Origin: an uncultured Holophagales bacterium
GTDB lineage: Bacteria; Acidobacteriota; Thermoanaerobaculia; Multivoradales; UBA5704
DNA: 64,000 bases
Reading direction: 5' to 3'
Assembly (NCBI GenBank): GCA_963842525.1
Contig: CAWJGT010000001.1
Span: 352,001 to 416,000 of the forward strand
A model generated the notes under the pieces. The model was not told the origin of the DNA, ran no database searches, and was given only the letters and a program-made list of their open reading frames with translations. Positions 22,614 through 33,604 of this stretch are shown piece by piece. The first letter of the stretch is position 1. Every line of letters starts with the position of its first letter. Both the position numbers and the translations under genes were made by a program.

Positions 22614-23063
22614 ATGTCCACAAACACCATTCGACTTCACCGTGTGCTGCGTGCGACACCTGAAAGAGTCTATCGGGCATTCCTTGATGCCGATGCCATG
22701 GTCAAATGGCTTCCGCCGAACGGCTTCACCGGTAAGGTTCACCATCTGGATGCCAAAGTTGGCGGCACCTACAAAATGTCGTTCACGAACTTCAGCACAG
22801 GCAACAGCCACTCTTTTGGCGGCGAGTATCTCGAGCTGGTACCCAACGAACGCATTGTGCACACGGACAAGTTCGATGACCCGAACCTGCCCGGAGAAAT
22901 GCAGACGACGATCTCCTTGCAGCAGGTGTCGGTCGGAACCGAGCTCAACGTAGTGCAAGAAGGAGTCCCCGAAGCCATTCCGCCCGAGGCCTGCTATCTC
23001 GGCTGGCAGGAATCGCTCACCCTGCTTGCGCAACTCGTCGAGGCAGAAGTTCCAGAGCAATAA
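22614..23063 (+). CDS. SRPBCC/AHSA1 family protein
   Basis: LHRVLRATPERVYRAF.D.DA..KWLPP.GF, G.YLELVPNERIV.TD.FD, GWQESL..LA; lower GC than the host. Confidence 0.9.
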   Translation: MSTNTIRLHRVLRATPERVYRAFLDADAMVKWLPPNGFTGKVHHLDAKVGGTYKMSFTNFSTGNSHSFGGEYLELVPNERIVHTDKFDDPNLPGEMQTTISLQQVSVGTELNVVQEGVPEAIPPEACYLGWQESLTLLAQLVEAEVPEQ

Positions 23064-23091
23064 CGCTGAGACATTGACCAGGACGGAAAGC

Positions 23092-24558
23092 CTACTTTTC
23101 CAGATCCAGCCCTGCGAACGACGGCTTGCCGAGCGGTGACGGGAAGAGGTTCTTCACCCGCGGACCGTGGGCGAAGATCGCCGCGCCGTACATGAGGGGC
23201 ACGAAGGGGGCCTCTTCGCCGATGCGGCGGAGGAAGGCGGCGCGGAGGTCGCCCCGCGGGTCCTGGCGCAGCTTGGCGAGCGTCCGGTCGGTCTCGGGGT
23301 CGTGCCAGCGGCTCAGGTTGGCGCCTACGATCGTCTTGCGGTGCGGCACCGGGATCGACTCGGAGCCCAGAATCGCTTCGAGGAAGTCGACCGGATCGAG
23401 CGTGTCGGCGATCCAGCCGGCGAGCGCCAGGTCGTAGTCCCCGTGCTGCGTCCTGGCTTGATACTCCTGGACGGTGGCCGTCGGCACGATCTCCACCTCG
23501 ATCCCGAGCTCGCCGAGGCGGGCCGCGATGTACTCGCCGACCTGTTGCGGGTTCGGCAGGTAGGGCCGGGGACCGAAGATGAGGAGGAGCTGCAGCCGCT
23601 CCGGTTTCCGGACGCCGGGCTGGGCCAGGAGCTCCCGCGCCTTTCTCCGATCGAACACCAGGCCGTCGTGCAGTTGTCCTCCCTGGGGGCCCCCCTGGGA
23701 GAGGATCGGCGGCAGCAGGCCCGTGGCGGTGAAGGCCGAGGCCGTGGCGTAGAACATCCTGGCGATCTCCCGCCGGTCGATCGACAGCGCGATGGCCCGC
23801 CGCACCCGCGGATCGCCCAGCCCCGGGCGGTCCGTATTCATGTAGAGGAGGGCGGTCGAGCTGCCCGGCTCGGTCCAGCGGCGGACGTTCTTCAGGCGCA
23901 GGATGTCCTCGCGGGAGAGGACGTTCGAGAAGTCCACCTCGCCGGCGTCGAGGGCGGCGAGCAGGGCCTCGGGCCGCCGGTTCTCGTCGAGTGGATAGAC
24001 CACGAACACGACCTCGTCGAGAGCCGGCGGGTTGCGGTAGTACGGGTTGCGCACCAGCCGCATCCGCTCCGGCGTCGCGTCCTGGGCGGGGAGGAAGGGG
24101 CCGGTGCCGAGGAGCGTGCCGCCGGCCTCGCGGGTGGTTTCACGGGTAATATTGCAGAAGCGCCGGGTGAGCACCAGGTCGAAGCGGGCGTTCGGACGCT
24201 TCAGACGGAAGTACACCCGGTCGCCGTGCGCCACCACGTCCGCTTGCTCGAGGAAGGTCGAGGCCTTGGACAGCGAGTCGGCCACGTGCTGCGCGGTCAG
24301 CGGCGTGCCGTCCGAGAAGAGGATGTCCGGGCGGACGGCGGCGGAGAAGACGGGAGCGCCGTCCGAGGGCCGCTCCGGGCGCAGCCGCTCCTGGAAGAGG
24401 ATCGGCTCGGGAGAGACCCCGGCAGCCCGCGGCTGGGCGAACGGCGTCTCGTAGACCTGCAGGACCGCGAAGGCGCTGACGAAGTCCTGCGCGTCCCGCG
24501 GGTCGAGGGTCGTGACCGGGGTGAGGACCCCCACGCGTAGCGTCTTCGTTCCGGCCAT
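23092..24558 (-). CDS. Family 5 (peptide/nickel) solute-binding-like protein lacking a signal peptide
   Basis: TLDP, FSDGTPLTA, GTGPF, RNP.Y, D.RVRRAIALSIDR, N.SRW.DP; AGGGAG SD before ATG 24558. Confidence 0.85.
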   Translation of the reverse strand: MAGTKTLRVGVLTPVTTLDPRDAQDFVSAFAVLQVYETPFAQPRAAGVSPEPILFQERLRPERPSDGAPVFSAAVRPDILFSDGTPLTAQHVADSLSKASTFLEQADVVAHGDRVYFRLKRPNARFDLVLTRRFCNITRETTREAGGTLLGTGPFLPAQDATPERMRLVRNPYYRNPPALDEVVFVVYPLDENRRPEALLAALDAGEVDFSNVLSREDILRLKNVRRWTEPGSSTALLYMNTDRPGLGDPRVRRAIALSIDRREIARMFYATASAFTATGLLPPILSQGGPQGGQLHDGLVFDRRKARELLAQPGVRKPERLQLLLIFGPRPYLPNPQQVGEYIAARLGELGIEVEIVPTATVQEYQARTQHGDYDLALAGWIADTLDPVDFLEAILGSESIPVPHRKTIVGANLSRWHDPETDRTLAKLRQDPRGDLRAAFLRRIGEEAPFVPLMYGAAIFAHGPRVKNLFPSPLGKPSFAGLDLEK

Positions 24559-24611
24559 GGCGATCTCCCTGGCGGCCCTTCGTACCACATCTCGGGCGCC
24601 ATCGCCAAAGC

Positions 24612-24790
24612 CGGAGCCCTCTCCCCCTGGCCCCCTCTCCCGTGCGTCCCCCGTCCCACCGCCCCGAACGGGAGAGGGGGAAAACACCGTGGCAGCAGCA
24701 GGAGGAGAGAATCGTTGGGTGGTGGCGCCCCTCTCCCGCTCGGGGTGGGGAGTGGTGGCCGCGCGGGGGAGGGGTCGGGGGAGGGGCCGC
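24612..24790. repeat. About 175-bp palindromic MITE/REP-like element (CCCTCTCCC family)
   Basis: Arms nearly identical to 46661-46822 in the opposite orientation; nested hairpins. Confidence 0.88.
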
Positions 24791-26053
24791 TCAGCGCCGA
24801 CCGAGCATGTAGACCGACGTCTCGGGGTTGTACTCCCGCCAGTCGAACCAGTAGTCCCTGAGGATGGAGACCTTGGAGAGCTTTTTGCCGGCGAGGGGGC
24901 CGCTGCGGGCCACGCCTGCGAAGTCCCATTCACTGCCCGTCTCGGCGTCGACCATCCGGAGCGGGGACGAGCCCGGTTTCACGAAGAGCTGCAGCTCGCG
25001 GCCGTCGATCGATCTGTCGAGGGCGCGCACCGATTTGCCGTCCTCGGCCACCACGAGGACCACCGGGATGCCGCCCAGCCGGTCGAGCACCGGGCTCTGC
25101 CGCCGCAGTGCTTCTATGGGATAAGCTCGCGCCGCGCCGCCGGCCTTGACGCCGATCACGATGGCGCGGGGCTCCAGAGGGTCGTCCTTCCGCCGCGCGG
25201 TCACGACCGGCAGCCGCGCGGTCTCCACCTCCCAGTTTTCGGAAAACTCGCGCCAGGGGGCGCTGTCGTCCGGCCGGAGCACCCGTCCCTGCGGATGCTC
25301 GCGCCGCCAGGTCCCGAAGGTCAGCTCCTCATGGGAGACCAGGTCGAGCTGCCGTCCGGCGAGCGGGCCGTGGAGCGCCTTGCCGGTCACCTGCTGCCAC
25401 CACGAGCCCGTCTCCTCGTCCTGCATGAGGAAGTTCTGGTTGTTGATGCCGGCGAGGTGGAACGTCAACCTCCGCCCATCGACTTCCGCTCTCCACACCA
25501 GACCGGTGTGACAGAGCGTTCAGTAGGTGGCCGCGATCGGCACGCCGCCGACCACGTCCTGCACCACGTGGTGGTACGAGACCTGGCGGACCGGGTAGGC
25601 GACGGACTCGCCGCCGGCGACGACCGCGAGCACCATGTCCCCTTCCTCGACCCAGCCGGCCTCGGCGGCCGGAGCCTGCCGGGCGGCGGAGAGGGGGGCG
25701 AACATCCGCTCGAACATGTTCTGGCGCGTCCACCAGGAGGCGGCCGTGAGCAGCAGGAAGGCCAGGAGGAACGCCGTCCGCCCCCACCGGGAAGCGCCGC
25801 GCCACAGCCACACCGTCAAGGCGAGCACCGCCGCCGCGGCGATCAGGGTTCCCACGGGAGCCCACCGGCGCAGGGCGAAGGCCAGCGCGATCCCCTCCGG
25901 CGTCTGGGCCTTGAACGGCCGGATCACCAGGATGGGGATCACCACGGCCGCCGCCGTCAGGAGGACCAGGAGAAGGGTCAGGACCCCGGCGAGTATCCTC
26001 CGGGAGCGCCGTTCGCGTTCCGGGCTTGCAGACCGATGGGACATGTCGGGCAT
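24791..26053 (-). CDS. DUF3179-like membrane-anchored selenoprotein (UxxC)
   Basis: ORFs 25520..26338 and 24791..25498 are in the same frame, separated only by TGA 25520-25522: AATY-U-TLC-HTG; AYP, D.ETGSWW.Q.TG.A..GPL.G and W..W...NP.T motifs. Confidence 0.88.
25487..25518 (-). promoter_or_regulatory. Bacterial SECIS-like hairpin
   Basis: Directly 3' of the UGA: CGCUCU-GU-CACACC [GGUCU] GGUGUG-G-AGAGCG, two 6-bp stems with a G-leading apical loop. Confidence 0.8.
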
Positions 26054-26248
26054 GAAGGCTTCTCCCCGAGTCGACCGTCTTTGCCGGGATCTTACCCCGG
26101 ACCAGGGCTTTTCGTCCTGGAAGCGGAGATAAGGTAAAATACCCTCCGGCATGGAACCCGAGGCGCGTTTGCACACCTGGAAGCCGGCACCTGCAGGGAG
26201 CGGAGCCGGGCTTGACTCCTCCGGCGCTCTGGCGCCACGATCCCTGCG

Positions 26249-26636
26249 ATGCACACGATCTTCAAGGACTTCACATTTCGCCGCGGCGCATGCGATCCGG
26301 GGGCACACCCGGGGGTGCCAGAACCTGCACGGGCACAACTACCGGGTGCGGGTCCACCTGCGGGCCGAACGGCTCGATGCGCTCGGCATGGTCCTCGATT
26401 TCGCCGACTTGAAAGCTATGATGCAGGAGGTCGTCGGACCCTTCGACCATCGGGTGATCAACGAGATCCCCCCGTTCGACCAGCGCAACACCACGGCCGA
26501 GCTGCTCAGCGAGTACGTCTTCGAGGAGGTGGAGAAGCGGCTCGCCGGCCAGGAGCGCGTCCGGGTCGTCCGCGTCGAGGTCTGGGAGACCGACACCTCT
26601 TGCGCCCTGTACGAGCGGGAACAAGGCGGTATATAA
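26249..26636 (+). CDS. queD: 6-carboxytetrahydropterin synthase, frameshift near 26278
   Basis: MHTIFKDFTF then AAAH..CQNLHGHNY.V, GMVLDF, DH..IN, TAE, V.VWET. Confidence 0.9.
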
Positions 26637-26747
26637 TCTCTCTGGATCGCGCCGGAGCAACTTTTGCCGCAGGGCGACGTATTGGCTTCTGCCCGGCGCT
26701 CCCGATGTGCAGCGGAGCTGCCTCCGGGTCTCCTGCAAGGAAAAAAG

Positions 26748-27981
26748 ATGGCTCGAGAAGGCTTCTTTGGAAGGGCTGCGGATCGACCGCGGCGCGGCAT
26801 CCGAGACTTCTGGACGGCGGATCTGGATCCCGATCGTCGTGGTCCTGCTCCTGGTGGCCGCGGGCCTGTTCGCCTGGCTCCGTCTGCCCCGTGCCCCGGA
26901 GGTGCGGGTGGCGGCGGTGCGCGAGCAGCCCGGCGGCAGCGCGGCCGGTGCCGTGCTCAACGCCTCCGGTTACGTGACCGCGCGCCGCCAGGCCACGGTT
27001 TCCTCCAAGGTCACGGGCAAGGTGGTCGACGTGCTGGTCGAGGAGGGGACGGCATCGCGAGGGGACAGCCGGTCGCCCATCTCGACGATGCGACCGTGCG
27101 CAAGGAGCTCGCCCTGGCCGAGGCGCAGGCTGACCTCCCAGCGCCGCTCTCTGACCGAGACCGAGGTGCGCCTGCGCGAGGCCCGGCTCAGCCTGAGCCG
27201 CGCGCGCCGGCTGCAGGAGCAGGGGATCTCGACCCAGGCCGACCTCGACGCCGCCGACGCCCAGGTCGACTCGCTGGCGGCGCGGCTGGAGGTCGGTCGC
27301 CAGGAGGTCGAGGTCTTCCGAGCGGCAGGTCGCGCTGCGGCGCCAGGATCTGGACGACACGGTGATCCGCGCCCCCTTCTGCGGGGTCGTGGTCACCAAG
27401 GACGCCCAGCCGGGCGAGATGATCTCGCCGGTGTCGGCCGGCGGCGGCTTCACCCGTACGGGCATCTGCACCGTGGTCGACATGAACTCGCTGGAGATCG
27501 AGGTCGACGTCAACGAGAGCTACATCCAGCGGGTGCGGCCCGGCCAGAAGGCGATCGCTACGCTGGACGCCTATCCGGACTGGCAGATCCCGTCGCGGGT
27601 CATCATGCCCGTGCCCACGGCCGACCGGCAGAAGGCGACCGTGCGGGTGCGGCTCGCCTTCGAGCAGCTCGATCCGCGCATCCTGCCCGACATGGGGGTC
27701 AAGGTGGCCTTCCTCGGCGACGAGGAGGCCGGAGGGCCGGCGGCGGGAGGCGGGCCGGCGCGCCCGGCAGTTATTGTGCCGCGCAAGGCGGTGCGCAAGG
27801 ATGGAGACAAGGACGTGGTGTTCGTGATCGTCGGGAACCATGTCGAGCGGCGGGCCATCGGGCTCGCGGCCAATCCCGGCGACGAGGCGGTGGTCCTCTC
27901 CGGCCTGCGGCCGGCGAGCAGGTCGTGGTCGAAGGGCCGGCGGACCTCACGGACGGCGCCAAGGTCGCCGTCCTGCAATAG
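26748..27981 (+). CDS. Efflux periplasmic adaptor (MacA-like), several frameshifts
   Basis: ASGYV.ARRQATVSSKVTGKV, IRAPF.GVV, LEIEVDVNE..I, PTADRQKATV across three frames. Confidence 0.85.
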
Positions 27982-27992
27982 GAGATAGAACG

Positions 27993-28689
27993 ATGGACCA
28001 GAACGGCACGGTCGTCCGGGTGCAGGACGCCCACAAGGAATACCGTCGCGGCAGCGAGCGGATCGACGTCCTGCAGGGGATCGACCTCGAGATCCCCCCG
28101 GGGGACTTCCTGGCTCTCATGGGGCCGTCGGGGTCGGGCAAGACGACGCTGCTCAACCTGATCGGCGGGCTCGACCGGCCCTCGTCCGGCACGGTCGAGG
28201 TGGCGGGCGAGCCGGTTCACAAGCTGTCGGACGGCCAGCTCGCCAAGTGGCGCGCCCGCCACATCGGCTTCGTCTTCCAGTTCTACAACCTGCTGCCGGT
28301 GTTGACCGCCGAGCGCAACGTCGAGCTGCCGCTCCTGCTGACCCACCTCTCGAAGCGCGGAGCGGAAGAAGCACGTAGCGACGGCGCTCTCGGTCGTGGG
28401 GCTCGCCGACCGCGCGCGGCACTACCCGCGCCAGCTCTCGGGCGGCCAGGAGCAGCGGGTCGGCATCGCCCGCGCCATCGTCACCGATCCGACGCTGCTG
28501 CTCTGCGACGAGCCCACGGGCGACCTCGACCGCAAGTCGGGCGACGAGATCCTCGACCTCCTGCAGGCGCTCAACCGGGAGCACGGCAAGACCATCATCA
28601 TGGTCACCCACGACCCGCACGCCGCGGCGCGCGCCCGCCGCACGGTCTATCTCGACAAGGGCAGCCTCGTCACGGAGCCGGTGCCATGA
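27993..28689 (+). CDS. ABC ATP-binding protein (LolD/MacB-like), frameshift near 28360
   Basis: [39 protein letters not shown]. Confidence 0.9.
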
Positions 28690-29854
28690 AATTCCTCCCG
28701 CTGGTCTGGAGCAACCTGAAGCGCAAGAAGCTGCGCACGGCCTTCACGCTGCTGTCGATCCTGGTCGGCCTTCATCCTCTTCGGCTATCTGGCGGCGATC
28801 GAGAAGGCCTTCAGCATGGGGGTGGACGTCTCCGGCGCCGACCGCCTGATGGTCATCCACAAGGTGACGTTCATCCAGCCGCTGCCCATCTCCTACCAGG
28901 AGCGCATCAAGGCGTCTGCCGGGGGTCGAGGCAGGTGAGCCACGCCAACTGGTTCGGCGGCATCTACCAGGACCCGAAGAACTTCTTCGGCCCAGATGGC
29001 GGTGGACACCGACACGTTCCTCGACCTCTACCCCGAGTTCATCCTGCCGGAGGATCAGATGAAGGCCTGGAAGGCGGACCGCACCGGCGCCATCATCGGC
29101 CGCGTCACCGCCGAGCGGTTCGGCTGGAAGGTGGGGGACAAGATCCCGATCCAGGGAACCATCTTCCGCAAGCCGGACGGCTCGGCCGTGGGAGTTCAAT
29201 ATCTCCGGCATCTACGACGGGGAGGAGAAGGGGACCGACGACTCCAGCATGTACTTCCACTACGACTACCTGAACGAGGCGGCGCGCGGCGGCGACTTCG
29301 GCCTGGTGGGCTGGTACATCATCCGCATCGCCGATCCGGCCCAGCGCCGCCGAGATGTCGTCGAGCGGATCGACGGCCTGTTCGCCAACTCGCCGGCCGA
29401 GACCAAGACGCAGACCGAGAAGGCGATGGCGCAGTCGTTCGCCAACCAGATCGGGAACATCGGCACGATCATCACCGGCGTGCTGTCGGCCGTCTTCTTC
29501 ACCATCCTGCTGGTGGCCGGCAACACCATGGCGCAGTCGGTGCGCGAGCGCACCGAACGAGCTGGCGGTGCTCAAGACCCTGGGCTTCACGCCATGGCCA
29601 GGTGCTGGCGCTGGTGCTCGCCGAGTCGTGCTTGCCTCGCGCTGCTGGGCGGCGCCCTGGGGCTGGGGCTCGCCTGGGTGATCATCACCGCCGGAGGCGA
29701 TCCCTCGGGTGGGTTCCTGCCGCTGTTCTACCTGCCGGGCGGCAAGCTGGCCCTCGGTGCAGCCCTGGCGCTGCTGCTCGGCCTGGCCACCGGCCTGCTG
29801 CCGGCCGTGCAGGCCATGCGGCTCCGCATCGTCGATGCGCTGCGGAGGGTTTGA
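28686..29854 (+). CDS. FtsX/MacB-type ABC permease, multiple frameshifts
   Basis: [10 protein letters not shown]-terminus; [21 protein letters not shown]; LPA..A.RL.IVDALR. Confidence 0.82.
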
Positions 29855-29856
29855 CG

Positions 29857-31064
29857 ATGGTATCAAATACCTTCCACTGGCTTTCCCAGGTCTGTCGCCG
29901 TCACCGGGCTCAACCTGCGCACTCTGGGCCAGCGCCGCGGCGCCTCGCTCGCCACGGTCTTCGGGGTGGCCGGCGTGGTGGCCGTCCTCGTCGCCGTGCT
30001 GTCGATCGCCGAGGGCTTCCGCAAGACGATGACCGCGGCCGGTTCGCCCGACACGGCGATCGTGCTGCGCTCGGGGCAGCGACACCGAAATGACGAGCGG
30101 CCTCGGGCGCGACGACACCCGGGTCATCGCGGAGGCTCCGGGCGTGCTGCGGGCAGGACAGGTGCCGGCCGCCTCGGCCGAGCTCTACGTCATCGTCGAC
30201 CTGCCGAAGCGTTCGACCGGCACCTACGCCAACGTGCCCTTGCGCGGCGTTCAGCCGGGCGCCTTCAAGGTGCGCGATGAGGTGGAGATCGTCGAGGGCC
30301 GCCGTTTTCGAGCCGGGAGCAACGAGGTGATCGTCGGCCGGGCCGCGGTCGCCGAGTTCAAGCGGGCTCGAGCTCGGGTCGACCGGCTGCGCTGGGGCGA
30401 GGACGATGGACATGTGGTCGGCATCTTCACGGCCGACGGCGGCCATCGCCGAGTCGGAGATCTGGTGCGACGCCGGAGTGCTCCAGCCGGCCTACCGGCG
30501 GGGCGACAGCTTCCAGTCGGTCTATGCGAAGCTCGACTCGCCGCAGGCGTTCGACCGTTTCAAGGACGCCCTGACCGCCGATCCGCGGCTGGACGTCAAG
30601 GTAGTCCGGGAGACGGACTACTACGCCGAGCAGTCGGAGATCCTCTATGCGATCATCACCGGCCTGGGCACGGTCATCGCTGGCCTGATGGCGGTCGGCG
30701 CCGTGTTCGGTGCCCTCAACACCATGTACTCGGCGGTCTCCGCGCGGAGCCGCGAGATCGCCACCCTGCGCGCCCTCGGCTTCCGCAGCGGCCCGGTGGT
30801 CCTCTCGGTGGTGGCCGAGTCGCTGGTGCTCGCGGTCGCCGGCGGGGCGGTCGGCGCGGGTCTGGCCTATCTCGCCTTCGACGGCTACCAGGCCGCGACG
30901 CTCAACTGGTCGAGCTTCAGCCAGGTCGCCTTCGCCTTCGCGGTTACCCCCGCGCTGCTCGTCCAGGGGATCATCTGGTCGCTCCTCATGGGCCTGGTCG
31001 GCGGTCTCTCCCGGCGATCCGGGCGGCGCGCCTGCCGGTGGCGACGGCGTTGCGCGAGCTGTGA
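29857..31064 (+). CDS. FtsX/MacB-type ABC permease, multiple frameshifts
   Basis: [25 protein letters not shown]; [16 protein letters not shown]. Confidence 0.82.
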
Positions 31065-31126
31065 GGACCCTCACCCCCCTGGCCCCCCTCTCCCATCCGC
31101 ACTCCCTTCCCCCGGGAGAGGGGGGA
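31065..31126. repeat. CCCTCTCCC-family palindrome, single arm
   Basis: gaccctcacccccctggcccccctctcccatccgcactcccttcccccgggagaggg is nearly identical to the reverse complement of 48885-48945. Confidence 0.8.
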
Positions 31127-31241
31127 AGAAGACAGGAGATGCCAGCGGGCCGGTTTCTTGCAGCCCCCTCCCGCAGGGGATAGAATCCTCGCTGGCGTTC
31201 CAGCCCCCGGGGGGCTCGGTACGACCTCTGGGAGACCCGCA

Positions 31242-32569
31242 ATGTCTCAGCAAACGAAAGATCTGGTCGAGGAGCCGCCGATCGCGGACACCTCGCCGAG
31301 CAACGCTCGGCTCGCCCTCGACGGAAAGGAATATGAGCTGCCGGCCGTCGTCGGTACCGAGGGCGAGGTCGGCATCGACATCATGCAGCTCCGCGCGAAG
31401 AGCGGAGCGATCACGCTCGATCCCGGGCTACGGCAATACTGGCGCTTGCGAGAGCGCCATCACCTTCATCGACGGCGAGAAGGGGATCCTGCGCTACCGC
31501 GGCTATCCCATCGAGGAGATCGCGGGGCAGGCCCAGTTCACCGAGATCTGCTATCTGCTGATCTACGGCGCACCTGCCGAGCCGCGACGAATTCGCCGAC
31601 GTTCGAGGCGCGGCTGACCCGCCACAGCCTGCATCCACGAGGACATGAAGAAGTTCTTCGAAGGCTTCCCGACCAGCGCCCACCCGATGGCGATGCTGTC
31701 GTCGATGGTCGCCTCGCTGTCGGCCTACTATCCCGGACGTCCGATGACCTCGACCTGAACATCATCCGGCTGCTCGCCAAGGCGAAGACGATCGCGGCGT
31801 TCTCGTACAAGAAGAACGTCGGCCAGCCGTTCATGTATCCGCGCAACGAGCTGTCGTACTGCTCGAATTTCCTGCACATGATGTTCGCGGTGCCGGCCGA
31901 GCCGTATACCGGTCAGCCCGGTGCTCGGAACGGGCGCTCAACCTGCTGCTGATCCTGCACGCCGACCACGAGCAGAACTGCAGCACGTCGACGGTGCGCA
32001 TGGTGGGGAGCAGCCAGGCCAACCTGTTCGCCTCCATCTCGGCCGGCATCTGCGCCCTCTGGGGGCCGCTCCACGGCGGCGCCAACCAGGCGGTGATCGA
32101 GATGCTGGAGCGCATCCGCCACGACGGCGGCGACTACAAGAAGTACGTGGACATGGCGAAGAGCAAGGACTCAGGCTTCCGCCTCATGGGCTTCGGGCAC
32201 CGGGTCTACAAGAACTTCGACCCGCGGGCGCGCATCCTCAAGGAGACCGCCGACGAGGTGCTCGGCGAGCTCGGCATCCAGGACCCGCTGCTCGACATCG
32301 CCAAGGCGCTGGAGGAGGTCGCACTGCGCGACGAGTTCTTCATCTCCCGCAAGCTCTACCCGAACGTCGACTTCTACAGCGGCATCATCTACCGGGCCAT
32401 GGGCATCCCGACCAACATGTTCACGGTGATGTTCGCGCTCGGCCGGCTGCCGGGCTGGATCGCCCACTGGAAGGAGATGCGGGAAGATCCCAAGACCCGC
32501 ATCAACCGCCCGCGCCAGATCTACGTCGGCGAGAGGCAGCGGCGGTTCGTGCCGCTCGAGGAACGGTAA
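31242..32569 (+). CDS. gltA: Citrate synthase, multiple frameshifts
   Basis: [60 protein letters not shown]. Confidence 0.95.
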
Positions 32570-32575
32570 AGCGCC

Positions 32576-32950
32576 CTATCCTCGGTGCACCATTCGGTGC
32601 AGCTTGTCGTGGATCTTGTCGCGGAAGCCCTCGACGCGGTCCCAGATCCGGGGCCAGCGTTGCAGGAGCTGGCGCATCCAGCGGTGGGCGAGCTCGCTCG
32701 CGACGGAGAGGATGGCGGCCCCGAGAAGGATGGTGACCACCCCTTGGATGCCGGGGAGCACCAGGCCGGCGACGCCCACCAGCAGCACCACCCAGCCCAC
32801 CACCAGCACGATCATCCGCAGCCAGAAGGGCAAGGGGCGGTGCGGCTGCCGATCTTGCAGGCACAGTGCGCCTGCATCGAGGTCCGGCGCGGCTGCCGGG
32901 AGCTGAGTCGAGGGCTCGGGGCGGCTTTCCTGTGCAGGCTCGGGGTACAT
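32576..32950 (-). CDS. PGPGW-like small membrane protein
   Basis: VGW..LLVG.AGLVLPG.QG..TILLG..ILS; start uncertain (32950 or 32962). Confidence 0.7.
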   Translation of the reverse strand: MYPEPAQESRPEPSTQLPAAAPDLDAGALCLQDRQPHRPLPFWLRMIVLVVGWVVLLVGVAGLVLPGIQGVVTILLGAAILSVASELAHRWMRQLLQRWPRIWDRVEGFRDKIHDKLHRMVHRG

Positions 32951-33022
32951 AAGTCCAGGCATCGACAGGCCCTCTTTCTACGCTCTGAAACCTCTGCAGG
33001 TTCCATTCCTCTTCCCGGTCAG

Positions 33023-33052
33023 TTGACAAACAGGACCGAGGCGGTCCAGAAT
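33023..33052 (+). promoter_or_regulatory. Sigma70-type promoter of the fur/iron operon
   Basis: TTGACA (33023) - N18 - CAGAAT (33047). Confidence 0.55.
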
Positions 33053-33062
33053 ATCTCTCGAT

Positions 33063-33079
33063 TTGAGATTACTTCTCAA
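33063..33079. promoter_or_regulatory. Fur-box-like operator
   Basis: AT-rich palindrome TTGAGA-TTACT-TCTCAA just downstream of the promoter and upstream of the fur-family gene. Confidence 0.7.
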
Positions 33080-33106
33080 TAAAGGCTCCCGTGCCCGAGG
33101 GACATC

Positions 33107-33604
33107 ATGGCAGATGATCGCGAGAAGCAGAAGTTCCTCCAGTACCTCAGGGAAAGAGGCCATCGCGTCACCTCCGAGCGCCTGGTCCTCTTCGACGAGA
33201 TCTTCTCGCAACACGGCCATATCGATGCCGAAGAGCTGCTGCGCGGCATGAGGTCGCGCTCCCTGAAGATCTCGCGTGCCACCGTCTACCGCAACCTGGA
33301 CCTGCTGGTCGCGTGCGGCCTCGTCCGCAAGCAGCGCCTGGGCCGCGACCGCTATCTCTACGAGCATGTCCACACCGGACAGCGGCACGACCATCTCGTG
33401 TGCACCGGATGCGGGCGTGTGGTGGAGTTCGTGAGCCCGGGGATCGCCGCGCTCCAGGTGGAGATCTGCCGAGCGCACGGGTTCCTCCCTGCCCGTTCAA
33501 CCCTGCAGATCAGCGGCCTCTGCAACGAATGTGCGAAGGAGCCGAGCGTGACCGGACAGACCACTGCGGCAAGAGAGGCGAGAGAGCGGGTGGCGCATGT
33601 TTGA
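33107..33604 (+). CDS. Fur family transcriptional regulator
   Basis: RVTSER, HIDAEEL, SRATVYRNL, HDHLVCTGCG, GLCNEC. Confidence 0.93.
   Translation: MADDREKQKFLQYLRERGHRVTSERLVLFDEIFSQHGHIDAEELLRGMRSRSLKISRATVYRNLDLLVACGLVRKQRLGRDRYLYEHVHTGQRHDHLVCTGCGRVVEFVSPGIAALQVEICRAHGFLPARSTLQISGLCNECAKEPSVTGQTTAAREARERVAHV

Noticed and set aside
25520-25522. Nonsense mutation splitting the DUF3179-like gene
   Set aside because: The TGA falls at the first Cys position of CxxC and is followed by a SECIS-like hairpin, favouring selenocysteine.
26151-26248. N-terminal extension of QueD from ATG 26151
   Set aside because: The family-typical N-terminus MHTIFKDFTF begins at 26249 in another frame. A TAAAAT hexamer before 26151 suggests a promoter there, not necessarily a start.
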